A stretch of DNA of 64,000 bases from Octopus vulgaris. Its lineage: Eukaryota. Within the stretch, counting starts at the first letter, position 1; every line of letters starts with the position of its first letter. Both the position numbers and the translations under genes were made by a program. Shown here piece by piece: positions 1 to 14,443 of the stretch. The notes below the pieces were generated by a model. It was not told where the DNA came from. It made no database searches and worked only from the letters and a program-made list of their open reading frames with translations. The DNA lies in NCBI GenBank assembly GCA_951406725.2, contig OX597817.1:77252001-77316000 (forward strand), read 5' to 3'.

Positions 1-358
1 CAGAGACTGTGTGGTGTGCATGTGTGTGTAGGTGTGTTCTCTGTGTGTGAAGTGCTGTTGTGCTTCATGAGGGAAAAATAAAAACAGAAGCTGAAACTGC
101 AGAACAGATCAAGGATAACTTTCAGAACACTTAAGGCACAATATTTCATAACAATTCACACACACACGTGGACTGTACATAGGTACATATATGCATATGT
201 ATGTATAATTTAATATGGTCCATTACAGATAAACCAGAATTACTTCAAGTTTCATATCTACTTAAAATTTTAACTAATTAATCCTCAGCTGATAAAAAAA
301 TTATCAACTTCTTGAAAGAAATCTAGAATCATATGCTAGTATGGACATTAAATGATAA

Positions 359-411
<53 letters not shown>

Positions 412-534
412 TATATATACACACACAATATTTATTCATTAATGATCAGTATGAATTCGTATCTGTATATGAGGTTTCACATTCGCAATTTACCCCCCGT
501 ATTGAGCACACGTTCTACTGCTCATAAATACTAT

Positions 535-1088
535 TGCATGTATGTATGTATGTTATGTATGTATGTATTTATGTACGAATGTATGCATGTATATATGTGT
601 ATATATATGTATGTGTATATATATTATGTATACATAAATACATATATATGCATATATATAAAATATATACACACACATATATATATACATATTTATATAC
701 TTACACATATACATACACATACATACCTAGACATATGTAAACATACATATGTATATACATACATATATGTATACACATACATATATGTATACACATACAT
801 ATATGTATACAAATATATATACCTACATATATATACATATGTATATATACATACGTGTATATATATATATATATATATATACATACGTATATATACACAT
901 ACGTATATATATATATATACATACGTATATATACACATACGTATATATATATACACATACGTATATATATATATATACATACGTATATATACACATACGT
1001 ATATATATATACACATACGTATATATATATATATATACATACGTATATATACACATACGTATATATATATATATATATATATACATAC

Positions 1089-1173
<85 letters not shown>

Positions 1174-1390
1174 CATACGTATATATATATATATACATAC
1201 GTATATATATATATATACATACGTATATATATATATATATATACGTATATATATATATATACATACGTATATATATATATATATACATACGTATATACAT
1301 ACATATAAATATATATACATATACATGCATATACATACATACCTACACATGCATATACATACATACCTACACACACACACACATATATAA
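535..1390. repeat. Compound (TA)n/(CA)n microsatellite with a higher-order CATACG(TA)n unit
   Basis: About 20 CATACGTATATA... units between 850 and 1300. Source of the long YI/IY ORFs. Confidence 0.95.
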
Positions 1391-2174
1391 TGGTACCCAC
1401 AGGGTTAGTAGTTAGATAACTAAGAGTTTGCTTCAGATGTCTTGTTAACAAGAAGTAAGGCCAATAATTCTGCTTTATTGGATGAGCTATATTCCAGGGA
1501 GAAGGAATAAGCCATTTTCTGAGGCAGGCCAATATGGTATGAGCCATTGACCATGTAAGGTGATTTTGGTCAGTAATTCAGCCCAATCTTCTAGATTTAG
1601 GTAAAAAAAAAACAAAAAAAAAAAAAACCCTGCAGTGAAATAGATAAATATATAAAGAAAGGAAGAAAGAAAGAAGTAGATAAATAAAACAGAAATGACT
1701 TGCTTTAGTTTTTCACCATCAATGAGCTTCCCTGTAATGATATACAATTTAGAACACACTGACATGCTATGTCCTTCCAGGTTTACAAAGGTTGTGTTAG
1801 CAATGTAGAAGAGGAGAACATGTTTCATTACTATTGTTTGTTTGCATTTTGTTTTTGTGTTTTTGTTTTTTTTGTCTTTTGTTTCTGGCAGAGTAAAAAA
1901 AAACTGTTAAGTTGTAAGGTCAGAAATAGGATGTGGAATCAAAGAGAATTCTATGGAGTTTATACTAAAAGGTAAAAAAAAGAAGAAAAAATGTCTTAAA
2001 AATGTAAATATATCATCATAGTGATTATAGTAGATACGGGTGGAATGGTAGAATATATATATATACATACACACACACACATAAATATATTTATATATAA
2101 ACGTACCTATATACATACATATCAACATGCTTATATATATATATATGTAAACACAACTACATATATAAACACAT

Positions 2175-2262
<88 letters not shown>

Positions 2263-5200
2263 ATGAATTAAAAAACAATATCTAGGTAATATATTACTGC
2301 ACTGTTTACATTATTGTTCATTCTGAAAATGCTAAATGCTATTCAGTTGTTTAGTTATAAACAGAATTGGTGTATCACTTTCTCAAAGGTACAGATATAC
2401 AAATGAACACATATTTGATAGACACAGATATATGAAGATAGATATATTGACAAAGGAAAAGCAATGTTCCTGCTTATAGAAATAAGCTGATCTTAACCTG
2501 AGAAAATGACTGCCCTGTTAGTAGAAAACCAAACAGTATAGAATTATTAGCAACTCATCAATGTGTTTACATTTGTAACAAAAGTCTTCCCCAGGGTGAG
2601 TTTCTGGTAGCATCGGAAACTTAGGTGCAGCTAAGGACAACAACCTAACCTGGATCGCGCTCAACATTGAAGTTGATATCGCCAGCACCATGTGCTCATA
2701 GATGCTTAGGAAACTTTTGTCCAGGATCTTCATGCCATCATTTTTCTCTTCTCTATGTTTGTCAGATCTAACTTTGAATACTGATTTTAACTTTTGGCAA
2801 AAAGTCAACAATTTCAGAGTACGGCTAAGTCAATTACATCAATCCCAGTGCTTAAATGGTACTTATTTTATTGACCACAAAAGGATGAAAGGCAAAGTCA
2901 ACCTCAGTGGAATTTAATCTCAGAATGTGAAGACAGACAAAATATTGTTAAGCATTTTGCCCAACACACTAATGGTTCTGCTAGCTCGCTACCTTAGATC
3001 TCATTCTGAATATTCCTGCTCACTATGGTCTCATAGCACAAAGCAATATGACACATGACAAGAAGAACCCAAGAGCCAGATTATCAAAACAGAAAAGAAA
3101 AGGAATAAATGACATGACAGGCCTTAACTATTGTTATTATCTCAAAAGTTTTAAATTCTACTCTCTCAAAATCCACCACAAGAGTCACATCATTTGCCCC
3201 ATGTGAAAAATATTGTATTAAAATTGTCCAAACAATGTTGGTATTAAGTTCACAAGTCAGTCAAAATTTGGTCTGCCCCACAACCATAAGCCCCCAACAA
3301 AAAATCCATCTCACATCACATAGCAATATTGTGACACAACTTTTTTTTTTCACATCAGCCACCTTTGTCTTATTCAACATTATTATGAGAGAAATCAATA
3401 GAGAAAAAAACCCTATTAACATTCAACTAATACCTGGATAAATTCTTCCAGGAACTACTAGACAAACCACCAACACTTGGAAATGTTTTGACAAACAACG
3501 ACTATCAACTTGAGTGGGATGTAATGTCTTAAAACCTGACTTAAAAGACAACTTTAAGTGGTACTACTGAGTTTGACATGGCCCGGGCCAACAACAAGTA
3601 AAGTATATCTAATTTAATCTACAAAAGTTCTTGGGACACCTAAATTCTAAAGGACTTAAGCTTCATCTTTGGACAATCTGACTGCATAAAGAATAAATAA
3701 AGACAACTTTCTGCAAATTTACAGACTTCATAAATTTAGTCAATAACCGAGACTGAAAAATGAAAAATATAAAGAAGAAAATTTTCTTCATTTTCATTTG
3801 ATTTCTAGAGTTGATTCAATTTAACTTAAAACTTTTATGTTACTCACTGTTTGTGAGTGGCAGATACAAAGTAGAAAATACTGTATCAAATATTGGCATA
3901 AACAAATGTGAATGATATAAAAACCATAAATATAAATTGATTTCTTTGACAGGTGATGGTGTTTTTTTTTTTTTTTAAGGATAGCTTTATTTAGAATCAA
4001 TAAAGGCTTAAAGAAAGTTAACAGAAAATTTAGTTATGCAATGATATGTGCATGTAGCACAAGGAGACAGTTTGTTGACTGGCTGAGTGAGAACTAATGC
4101 ATCTCCGGCAGTTTGAAAAGTAAAGTTACAATTTTATAATCTTCTTAGGGAAAGAGCTTTAAATGTATGTCTACAAGAACTACTTTAGGGGACACAGATA
4201 CTTTAAATTTGGCAGATACTTTGTTTTGCAGTAATTTAAAAATTGATTGCTGTGAAGACTGTTTATAATGCAGATACCAAGTGAAAGAGATGTCATTTCA
4301 AGAAGACAAAAGGAACTCATATGGCATCTGCTCTTCAGGGTGTGTCCGTGTTTGACCTCTTAAAGCTGTATCTAATTAGGCTTCGGTTAGCCCGGGGCTA
4401 TAGCAGAAGACTCTTACCCAAAGTGCCACATGGTGGGACTGAACTCGAAACCATGTAGCTAGGAAGCAAGCTCCCTAACCACACAGCCATGTCCGTGCCT
4501 ACCCATTTCTAGGTTAAAATCTGGCCAATGTTAATTTTGTTTTTCATTCTTCTGTGGTGGTCAATAGATTAAACAGGAGTCATTTTCTTGATGGTGATTT
4601 AATTATTCCCTTTCACTAAATCAACTGTTTCCTTTTTGCTTAGTACCTACCTAAGAAGTCGATATTTAATAATAAACACAGTTTATCAGAGACTAATACA
4701 AGTTGTTGTGTATTTTCTTTGTTTTTCTTAAATATCCTTTTTTAGATTTAATAAATATATTTAGATGTATGAAATGAGATGATCATATAAGAAAAAATGA
4801 AAGAAAATAAAATTGTTTGGATACTAACAGGAAGAACCTAATTGGTTGTGCAACAACACCAAGAAATGGAGGAAAAGGAAGTGCGTAAAGAACTTAGGGT
4901 TGGCTTATGTCTTGGAGAGTTAGGATGGCATGGCTAAGTTTTACTGCATAGCCATAGTCTATGTACGCTATAGATTTTGACTGATTAAAGTAGATGGGCT
5001 TATAATTTGTGACACTTTAATTTCTTGAAAAATATTTCATTGAAAACTTCGTAAGATATTTTATGCTGAAGTATAATAGTTGTATCTTTTGTAATCAGGA
5101 TTTCAAACTTTATATTATTCCAGTCATAATTTTGCATAAGGATATGGCTTAATTAATATTTTTCAATTTGCTTCATTTTTAATGACTGGCATAAACTGGT

Positions 5201-6384
5201 TCTACACCTGCTGCTCTTACTTAACTAGGTAGTCTCCGTGTTGTTTCACCACCTGCTAGAAACAATTGGTAAATCACCCTCATAATCCACACAACCATCT
5301 TATTAAAAATGAAAAATAAAAAGACTTAATAGATAATATAGTCCTAGATATACTATGAGTAAAGTAAAGAACTGTCTTGAGTTCTAGGACTCATAGGATT
5401 GGTTACCCAGATTCCATAGTGTATAAGGACCAAGATCACAACTTTCCTCCTGAATAAGATGCCAGACTGTCACAGAGTGATATAGAGGTGAGTGGATTGG
5501 AGCAATATGAAATGAAATTTTTAGCTTGAGAACACAATGTACTGCCCGGTCTGGAAATCGAAACCATAATCATGCAATCATGAGTTTAAAACCCTAATCT
5601 CTAAACTACACACACCTTCACTTAGATATACTTCACCATCTTGTTTGGGAATTGAAATCATAATCTTGCAAATGTGAGTTCAACACTCTAATCTTTAAGC
5701 TACACAAACTTTCATTTAGATATATTATGCTTCACCGCCCTGCTTGGAAATTGAAACCGCAATCTTACAATCATGAATGCAACATCTGAATCACATAGAC
5801 AAAGAAAGAAATCAACATAGTGATGAGGCAAAACATTGAGCAGACCACTGTTTTTGATCACTGGCCTGCTCAATAAGGAAATAAAGAAATGAACTAGGGT
5901 TAAACAAGAACCACAACTCTTATTTTCCTTAGTGAAATGGTTAACAATAAGAAGGGCATCCCAGAGTACAAAACACCACCTCCAACAATACATAAATGCA
6001 CAGATTTGCAAAAGCCAAATCTTCCTACTGATGGTGAAATACAAAAAGGCATGTGAAAACAATATAGAAATGTTTAGGGTTTCTTTTTTTTTTTTGCACA
6101 ACGTTTTTCATTTTCTTTTTTTTTTACTAAATTCCAGAACTGCTCTAAATAAAAATAAACAAAAAAAAAAAAACATTGAAAAAAAAAAAAGAACTTGACA
6201 TTTTCCTTCATGAAAATTGGTTTAGTGTTTCACATTTCCAACAGTGGTCTTTTGTCTAAATGAAAATGTGGAAAGGATAAAACAATTTGATAATGTATCT
6301 AACATGCTAATTCTAAAATGGAAGAATTTAAATTATGAACTATATGTGTATATGTGTGTGTGCATGTGTGTATTTATATATATT

Positions 6385-6450
<66 letters not shown>

Positions 6451-6533
6451 TAGATAGATAGATAGATAAATAGATATTGACATATATATGTATGAATGTA
6501 TATACATACATAAATACATATATAAATGTATAA

Positions 6534-6583
<50 letters not shown>

Positions 6584-7161
6584 CAATATATACATATGTA
6601 TATATATATATCAACATATACATGTGTATATATGTATACATGTATGTATGCATATATATCTATATATATATACACTGAGATAGAGACGGAGTACTAGAGT
6701 AGGGATACATGCATTAAATGTATTTAAAATTACAAATATAGAAAAATTACACAATACATATTGGACTCACTTTTAAAATTTGAAATGGCAAAAATGAAGG
6801 CCATATGAAGAAAAAAGACATGTTGAATATATAATGAGCAAGATACTTTAGTTGTTACAGATAGAATAAAATAGCACCACAGAATATAGAAATAAATCAT
6901 GGAAAAGTAAAAACAGAGACAGAGAGCAAGCACTCAGATTTATTAGAACAGGTATATGTAGATATATATGTTTCTGTTTGTTTGTACCTTTCTCTTGTAC
7001 ACTATACAGACACAACATATGTATTAATGAAAATGGGGTTCTACTATGCATACATACAAATATGAATATGTGACTTATACGTGTATTCATTGTTCAACCC
7101 ATGCCAGTAAGGGAAATAGGCGTATGAAGATGATGTATGTATTTATGTATATACATATATG

Positions 7162-7199
<38 letters not shown>

Positions 7200-7385
7200 C
7201 ATATATATGTCTATATATATGCATATATATATTTACATATATGTATGTATATCTACCTATCTACATATATATATATATATATACAGTAAAACCCAAAAAC
7301 GAAGAACAAACTCAAGAAAACAACAACATGAGGACATGGTACATGCAAAGTATTAGCAGACACTCAGGGGAAGAAAGAAAGGTGG

Positions 7386-7415
7386 TTTTACGTTTCGAGT
7401 AAAGCTCTTCTTCAA
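7386..7415 (-). ncRNA. 5'-truncated minimal hammerhead-like motif
   Basis: Minus strand: TTGAAGA-A-GAG(CTTTA)CTC-GAAACGTA-AAAC. The helix I 5' strand is replaced by microsatellite. Confidence 0.4.
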
Positions 7416-8041
7416 TGCATATATATGCACACACACACACACACATATATATATATGCATATATATGCATATATATAAATGTATATATATATATATACAA
7501 ACACACACATTTATATATGCACACATATATATATATATATGTGAAAATATGCATATATATGTATATATATGATTACACACATACACCTAAAAAGGTCTAT
7601 AAAGAAACTTGCAATATTCACTTATATACTCGTTAGTATAAAATGCAACATACACATGCACACATGATATATATATATGAATACATATAAACATACATAC
7701 ACTCATATACACAAATAGGTACACATTAAAAAAAAAAATTCAATGTATCAAGTGCATTGCTAATAAAAGAAGATATTGTGCTATTTTCAAACCAACGCCA
7801 ACTGACTGTGAACCAATGCTTTAAGCACACTAGCAAGTGTGTGATGCATACAGAACAATCCCAAAGGCTATGGTCGGTCTAGAGTTATGGATTCCTAGAA
7901 TTAGTAGTTGATAAGTTCTGTTATTTAGGTGACCTTATCAGCATAGGGAAGATGGTGGTGAGGAATGAGAGCTACCCTGTATGTATGTATACATGAGTGT
8001 GCATATGTATAAACATATACATACATATATTCTAACATACA

Positions 8042-8100
<59 letters not shown>

Positions 8101-9590
8101 ATATATATATATATCTATATATACACACACACAAATTGCTTTCTAGTTTTTCTTTATTTTGTGGTATAATACATTTGGGCATACACACATAATATATACA
8201 TGTATATATATGTATATCTTTCTTCATATATATATATATATATATCTGAAGAGAGAGATTAATTTTCTTTCTCTCTCTCAAAGATGACTCACAAAATATT
8301 ATTATTAGACCGTACGAAGCTGATATTCTACTAATGATGAGCATACACTACACACACACAACTACTCAAAGGTCCAGTGGGATGTATAAAAGTAAAGCAA
8401 AGCAACAACTACATTCTTGTGTCCCTACTCATATTTTGTAAACAGTTCTTCTCTTAACACAAGAAATTTTCCATTCTGCTGCAAGTCTATAAGTCATACA
8501 GGGTGGAAACATGCAAGGTAGTATATAGTAGTTTTGGTTGTTTTTTTGCCTTCAGTTTTACTTTTCTCTCCTGAGAAAACTGCATTAGTCTATCGTTATA
8601 CAATATATTTCCCTTGTTTCTGACAAGTTATAATAACTACCATGCTTTTACCAACAAATCTCACACATTTTAACTCTTAAATTCCAGTACAGTACTGTAT
8701 GGGACTGCATCAGTCAGCCACTTTTGAAATGTATGCTATCACTAGAGTCATACCAACCTTGTTTACATTCATTTTTGAAGAAAAGGAGGAAAGTGTAACC
8801 CCATCTTCTATCATTCCCTTTCTGTCCTGTAACATAATCATTACAGAACTGAGCACCTGATGCAAAAAAATTTCAACAGGTTATTAAAAATTAAGATTCT
8901 GAAAGAACACTAGTCACAAGTAGGGATAATTTTGTAAGATGTCTTTTTTAAAGTAAAAGATTAGTTTAGAGGCATAAAGAATTAAAATGATGTTGCTGCC
9001 CATGACCAGCTGTAATCAATGAGGTCCATGATGAAAGGTATTCCAATTGTAATCATCTTGACTTTATATTTCTATTCAGACATTATCTCTAAGAAATATG
9101 CTATCCAATGTCTATTTGTTGTTTTGTTTTTAAGTGGAAGATTTGGCTGTTCTTTCTAGTTATTTATGTGGCCACACTGAGGGATTTTATTTTCATCATG
9201 TACTTCTGTGATGGAGTATTTATCATTAAAATCTAGAAATGAATCCCCTAAGAATTACTGATATCAAACATTAACATCAAATTCATATATCACATAGACA
9301 AATAAAGAAAACAATATTGTCATGCCAAAGACTTCTCCATAGCATTAACAAGGAAACCAAAATAGTTTTGAACCAGGAATGAAAATACTGAACAGCAGAG
9401 TTAGTTTACTAAAAATTCTACCCTGCACTACAGGAAAGATGTAAAATGATTTTAATTTCAAGCCCATTTAACTTGAGTTCAGATTCCACTATGAGGATGT
9501 TGATGAGCCATCCAGCAGAGTGAATTAGCAAATTAATTTCATGCAGTTCTGTGTGTCAAGAAAGAGTTCCAGAAATTTTATCTACTTTAG

Positions 9591-9803
9591 CCCTTTCAAT
9601 ACCAACCTGTCTGAAAACGCTTCTGGCTCTGTAGTACAAATGTCTTGTTTCCCTAAGATTTGATTTTAAATTTTCCCCCAAACCTTAGTCACAATTTATG
9701 TTCCTAACACTAGCTGAATGATAACTAAGTTATTTTACTAAATTCTTTATTATATTTAAAATTAATTGAAAAAAACACAGAGCATCTCAAAATAAATACA
9801 GGG
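9591..9803. mobile_element. piggyBac-type MITE, same family as 34080
   Basis: TTAG|CCCTTTCAATACC...GGG|TTAA. The internal sequence is the reverse complement of 34080-34296. Confidence 0.78.
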
Positions 9804-10052
9804 TTAATGGAAAATGTATACATGGATGGGAAGAAATATTTCCATTTTTATAAACACTTGATAAACACTTGAAAATTATATTTATGTTGTTTACATAGAT
9901 TAGTTACAGAGCATCGTATGTGCAAACAGCTATCTAATTTTCATTTACCTGGTTTTTCTGTTTCTCAACACAAAATGCAACTGATGTATTAAAGACAACA
10001 AACTTTTATCCATTTCCAAAAAGTTTAAAAAGAAAGTTTCATCTCAAAAGTT

Positions 10053-10117
<65 letters not shown>

Positions 10118-11234
10118 CAGAAAACATTTACAAGAATAATAAATAATAAATGCATATTCTTAGTTGCCATATTATTCCAGTTCCAGATACTGTTAATATT
10201 CGCCACCCCCAACCAACCTGCAATGATTTCATTATAAAGCTAATATTAATTAATCCAACCACCTCCCTTCCTCACTGCACTTCCCTGCTATAACTCCAAA
10301 TATAAATTATGCTCAAGCACTTTCTGTCATTAACACTAACGAACCAATGCCCCCACTGCCACCCTATCATACATGAACCATATGCAACTTTAAGATTTAA
10401 GAATAAATAAATAAATAAATATATGAATAAAATCAAATAAAATCAAAATAAACAACAACAACAACAACTACATAACCAGTGGAGAAAACCAAAGTGTAAC
10501 AATCTTCAAAGAATGCAGAAATCTCTATCGAAAAGACAAGACCAACCATAATTAAAGGAATGCTGGGAAATGGGGAAAAAAACTAAAAACTAAAATAAAA
10601 AAACAGAATTTAGTTTTTTTTTTTCAATATACAAAATAAATGAACAAAATTGTTTTACTCTTCTTCCTTCCTTGTGTCCTGCCAATAGAATAACCCTGCT
10701 CCCCACCCCATAACAACTAAACCATCACCATCCACTCGTCAACTACCTCGGTTTCCCTTCTGTTCTATCATCCACAACTCATCGAATTTAACATAATGAT
10801 GCAACACTATCAAACAGGAACTTTTGTAGTTTTGTTTATTTCCTTTTGGGTATTCTTTTTTTACTTTTCTTTTTTCTTTTTTTTTTAATTTCTCAAAAAT
10901 TCTATGATGCCAATGATGATGATGATGATGATGAAATGTCTAGAGAATAAATATCACATGAATAATTTAAATAAATAAAAAGTAAAAAAAAAAAACAATG
11001 AGAGAGAGAGAAAGAAAAGAAGAGAAAAAGAGGGAAAAATGTGTGTTGTATGTTGTTGTTGTTGTTGCTGCTGCTGCTGCTGCTGCTGTTGGAGAGAAAG
11101 AATTCTTGAGGGCAATCAAACATATGCTGACTTCACAACTAAAACACATTTAGTTTTTAAGTTAAAGACAGAATACTAAAGCCAGCCACCTCAAACATTT
11201 TAATAATAATAATAATAATATAATAATAATAGTA

Positions 11235-11612
11235 ATCCTTTCTGCTATAGGCACAAGGCCTGAAATTTGGGGGACCAGACAAATTGATTACATTGATCCC
11301 AGTACTCGACTGGTACTTATTTTACTGATCCCAATAGGATGAAAGGCAAAGTCGACCTCGGCAGAATTTGAACTCAGAACAATAATAATAATAATAATCC
11401 TTTCTACTAAAAGCACAAGGCCTGAAATTTTGGGGGAGGAAGTAAGTCAAATGCATCAGTCCCAGTGCTCAACTGGTACTTAATTTATCAACCCCAAAAG
11501 GATGAAAGGCAAAGTCAACCTCAACAGAATTTGAACTCAGAACGTAATGATGGACTAAATGTCGCTAAACATTTTGCCCATCATTCTAACGACTCTGCCA
11601 GCTTGCCACTTT
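11235..11612 (-). mobile_element. Two tandem SINE family C copies separated by (AAT)n
   Basis: Two successive AATCCTTTCT...GGCCTGAAATTT...GATGAAAGGCAAAGTC.ACCTC...GAATTTGAACTCAGAAC units. Confidence 0.8.
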
Positions 11613-11640
11613 AATAATGATAATAATAATAATAATAATC

Positions 11641-12195
11641 AAATGCCCTAATGCAGTACCAGGCAGTAGCTCTCATGGCTTCTTATCTTAACTGATTGGA
11701 AGTGTTATCACATACATTGCTTTGTCTTGGTATAAAAGATAGGCTACAGCAAATATTCTGCTCAATACCACAGATTTACTTGTCAGTTTCTTGACCATGA
11801 CCAGGTGAGCATGTCCCTTAGTGGCTGACGATATGTGCATCTCTGATCAGGAGCAGAAGTAGTTGGGAAGCATCATAGCCATGTGTTGAGAGGGATTCTT
11901 TGGGATTTGAATAATTCATCTCTGGAAACATGGGTGGTTCGTTCAACATCCTTAAACAACCTTTATTCAGAGACCTTTTGAGTGGGATGGACTACTCGAC
12001 CTGAATTCTAAGTGGGCCCCACCTGCAAGGTCATGCACTGTTTATCTTGATATGAGACCATTATGTTGTGCACATATGGTTGTAATGCATGTGCCTAATG
12101 TGCCCTTATCAAACGGGTAGTCATGATAAGTACACTGAGCTTCGTACATTTTAACAGTGTCACTTTGATGGCATGCACTGCTCTCTCACTCAATA
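11641..12195 (+). mobile_element. ~560-bp interspersed repeat, family E, ending in (AAT)n
   Basis: A full reverse-complement copy lies at 38085-38621 and a 3' half copy at 19670-19895. No ORF; the (AAT)n tail suggests a retroposon. Confidence 0.8.
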
Positions 12196-13266
12196 ATAAT
12201 AATAATAATAATGCTTTCTATTATAGGTACAAGACCTGAAATTTTGAGGGAGCAGACAAGTTGATTATATTGACCGCAGTGCTCAACTGGTACTTATTTC
12301 TTCAACCTCAAAAGAGATGAAAGGCAAAGTTGACCCCAGTGGAATTTGAACTCAGAATTTAAAGAGCAGGAAGAAATGCCACAAAGCATTTTGTTTGATG
12401 CTCTTCCAATTCTGTTGATTTGCTACAATTCATAATTAGAAAAAAATAGGAAGAGCTCATTAAATAAAGTAGTCTTAGATACACTATTCGTAAAAACAGG
12501 ATGAAATGGTCATGGCTGGAAAGCTTTTGATTGTAAATCTGTTCAGTCAGGTCAGATCTGGCATTGAATAACAACAGATTCAACAATAAAAACACCAATG
12601 AGAACGGCCAAAGGAAACAAAGCATGAAGTTTGGAAATAACAAAATTAATAATTTATACCCTGATATATAAATATATATCATAGCATATATATGCATGTG
12701 TGTGTGCTTATATGTATATATACTTATACTTCATATTGATCTATTTTCTGGTGTTTTCAGCTTGGGTATGATGAGCCTGCAAATTCAAGCTTTTGCAAAA
12801 TTATCTGATACAGATGGGTTTTTCTTGAAAATTTTTATGATGCCAACCCTTCAAGCATTTTTTAGAGTATTAGGAGATCTGGAATTGCTCAAAATCTACG
12901 TACAGCAGCGGTTGGAACTGAACATGCGTTTTGAGAGAGTTTTACAATTTCTCGGGTATGTTAAGTTGAAAGTGTTGATGAAACCGTTGATGGTACAGTG
13001 GCATAGGTAGGAGGTTGGATGGGGTAAGAATATGAGAAGAGAGAGAAAACTAGCAAGTGAGAGGGGGAGAGAGAGAACTGGTTGATTGAGAGAGAAGGAG
13101 AGAGAGAACCAGCAACTGAGAAGGAGAGACAGAAGCAGGGAATTGAGGGTACATCATGAATTTGAAGAACTTGGTCCAACCAAACTTTGAAATATATTTT
13201 AAGTGTGTGTGTGTGCACGTGTAAGAGAGAGAAAGGAAGTGAAAGAGAGAAAGAAAGAGAAAGAGA

Positions 13267-13304
<38 letters not shown>

Positions 13305-13999
13305 CAGTTACAGAATGAATTTGAAAATTTTGTTCCAACCAAATTAAAACAATTTCTTTTTTTGAAAAATGTGTTTGTATATGCACCACATATGTGTGTG
13401 TGTGTGTGAATGTGTGTGTGCACATGCATTCTTGCGACTGTGGAGGTATTTACAACAACAGCCTACTGCTAACCCGAAAAGTGAAGTGATTAGCAGTGTG
13501 AGTCCTTACTGAATAATGGAAACAGATAGGCAAAAGAGCCTCAAAGAAACAGTTCTGACATGAACTAATCTCATTTGTTCAGACTTGATCCATTTACAGT
13601 TCCCACACTTCTCTTGTCCGCCCTCACTGCCTTACTGGCTTTACGGTGCACTTATTCGCAAACAGAAGGAGGGAAAGGAAAGAACTTAGAGCGCACAAAT
13701 AAATTCTGTGGAAGATCATAAGTGTAATTTGGCAAATATGCCACTGTTAGAATATATGTTATATGTTGGTGCAGTAACACCCATTAATATCATCTCGGCC
13801 GTCACCGTTGTCTCATGTAAATCTAACGGACATTGTTTACCTTCGACACTTCAGATATAGTCGATATCAAATACGTTGTTGAAAGGAATAAGCAGCGAAA
13901 GGACAAAAGTAATTACTGCAGCGGAATTCTTCAAGAGATATTCTGAAGTTGGTAATGACATGAGATTACGTTTTAAGGAACATTAAGAATGACAATAGT

Positions 14000-14082
14000 G
14001 ACAATAACAGCGACGACAATGATGATGATGACGATGAGGATGGTGATGGTGATGATGACGATGATGATGATGTTGTATAGGC

Positions 14083-14114
<32 letters not shown>

Positions 14115-14365
14115 TTCTAAGAAGAAGCTGGGAAGAGAAAAGGAAGAAAAGAAGAGGAGATGAGGAGAATATGGAAAAGAAGAGGAGGAGGGGAAGAGGG
14201 GAAGAAGAGGAGGAAGAACAAATGAGGAGAAAAGGAAGAAGAGTAGATGAATGGAAGAAGAAGAAGAAGAAGAAGAAGAAGAAGAAGAAGAAGAAGAAGA
14301 AAAAGAAGAAAATGATGATGAAGAGGAGGAGGAGAAGTGGTGGAGGGGAGGAGGAGGAAGGATAA
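14000..14365. repeat. Compound (GAT)n-(AGT)n-(GAA/GAG)n tract
   Basis: Directly visible, with a pure (GAA)n run at 14254-14300. Confidence 0.92.
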
Positions 14366-14407
14366 GAAATGCTTTAACAGAAGCATGGGATGTGCAATTT
14401 TACACAA

Positions 14408-14443
<36 letters not shown>

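Noticed and set aside
333-1547. Long overlapping ORFs up to 318 aa (YI/IY/HT/CV-rich), and many similar ORFs across the window
   Set aside because: They are translations of (TA)n/(CA)n microsatellites, which lack stop codons in most frames.
2560-2760. High-complexity CpG-containing stretch with a 97-aa minus-strand ORF
   Set aside because: No resemblance to MEF2 downstream exons or known domains, and no convincing acceptor/donor pair.
12696-13010. 104-aa plus-strand ORF in non-repetitive sequence
   Set aside because: No recognisable domain and antisense to Mef2. It may be an old transposon relic, but I cannot support a call without a search.
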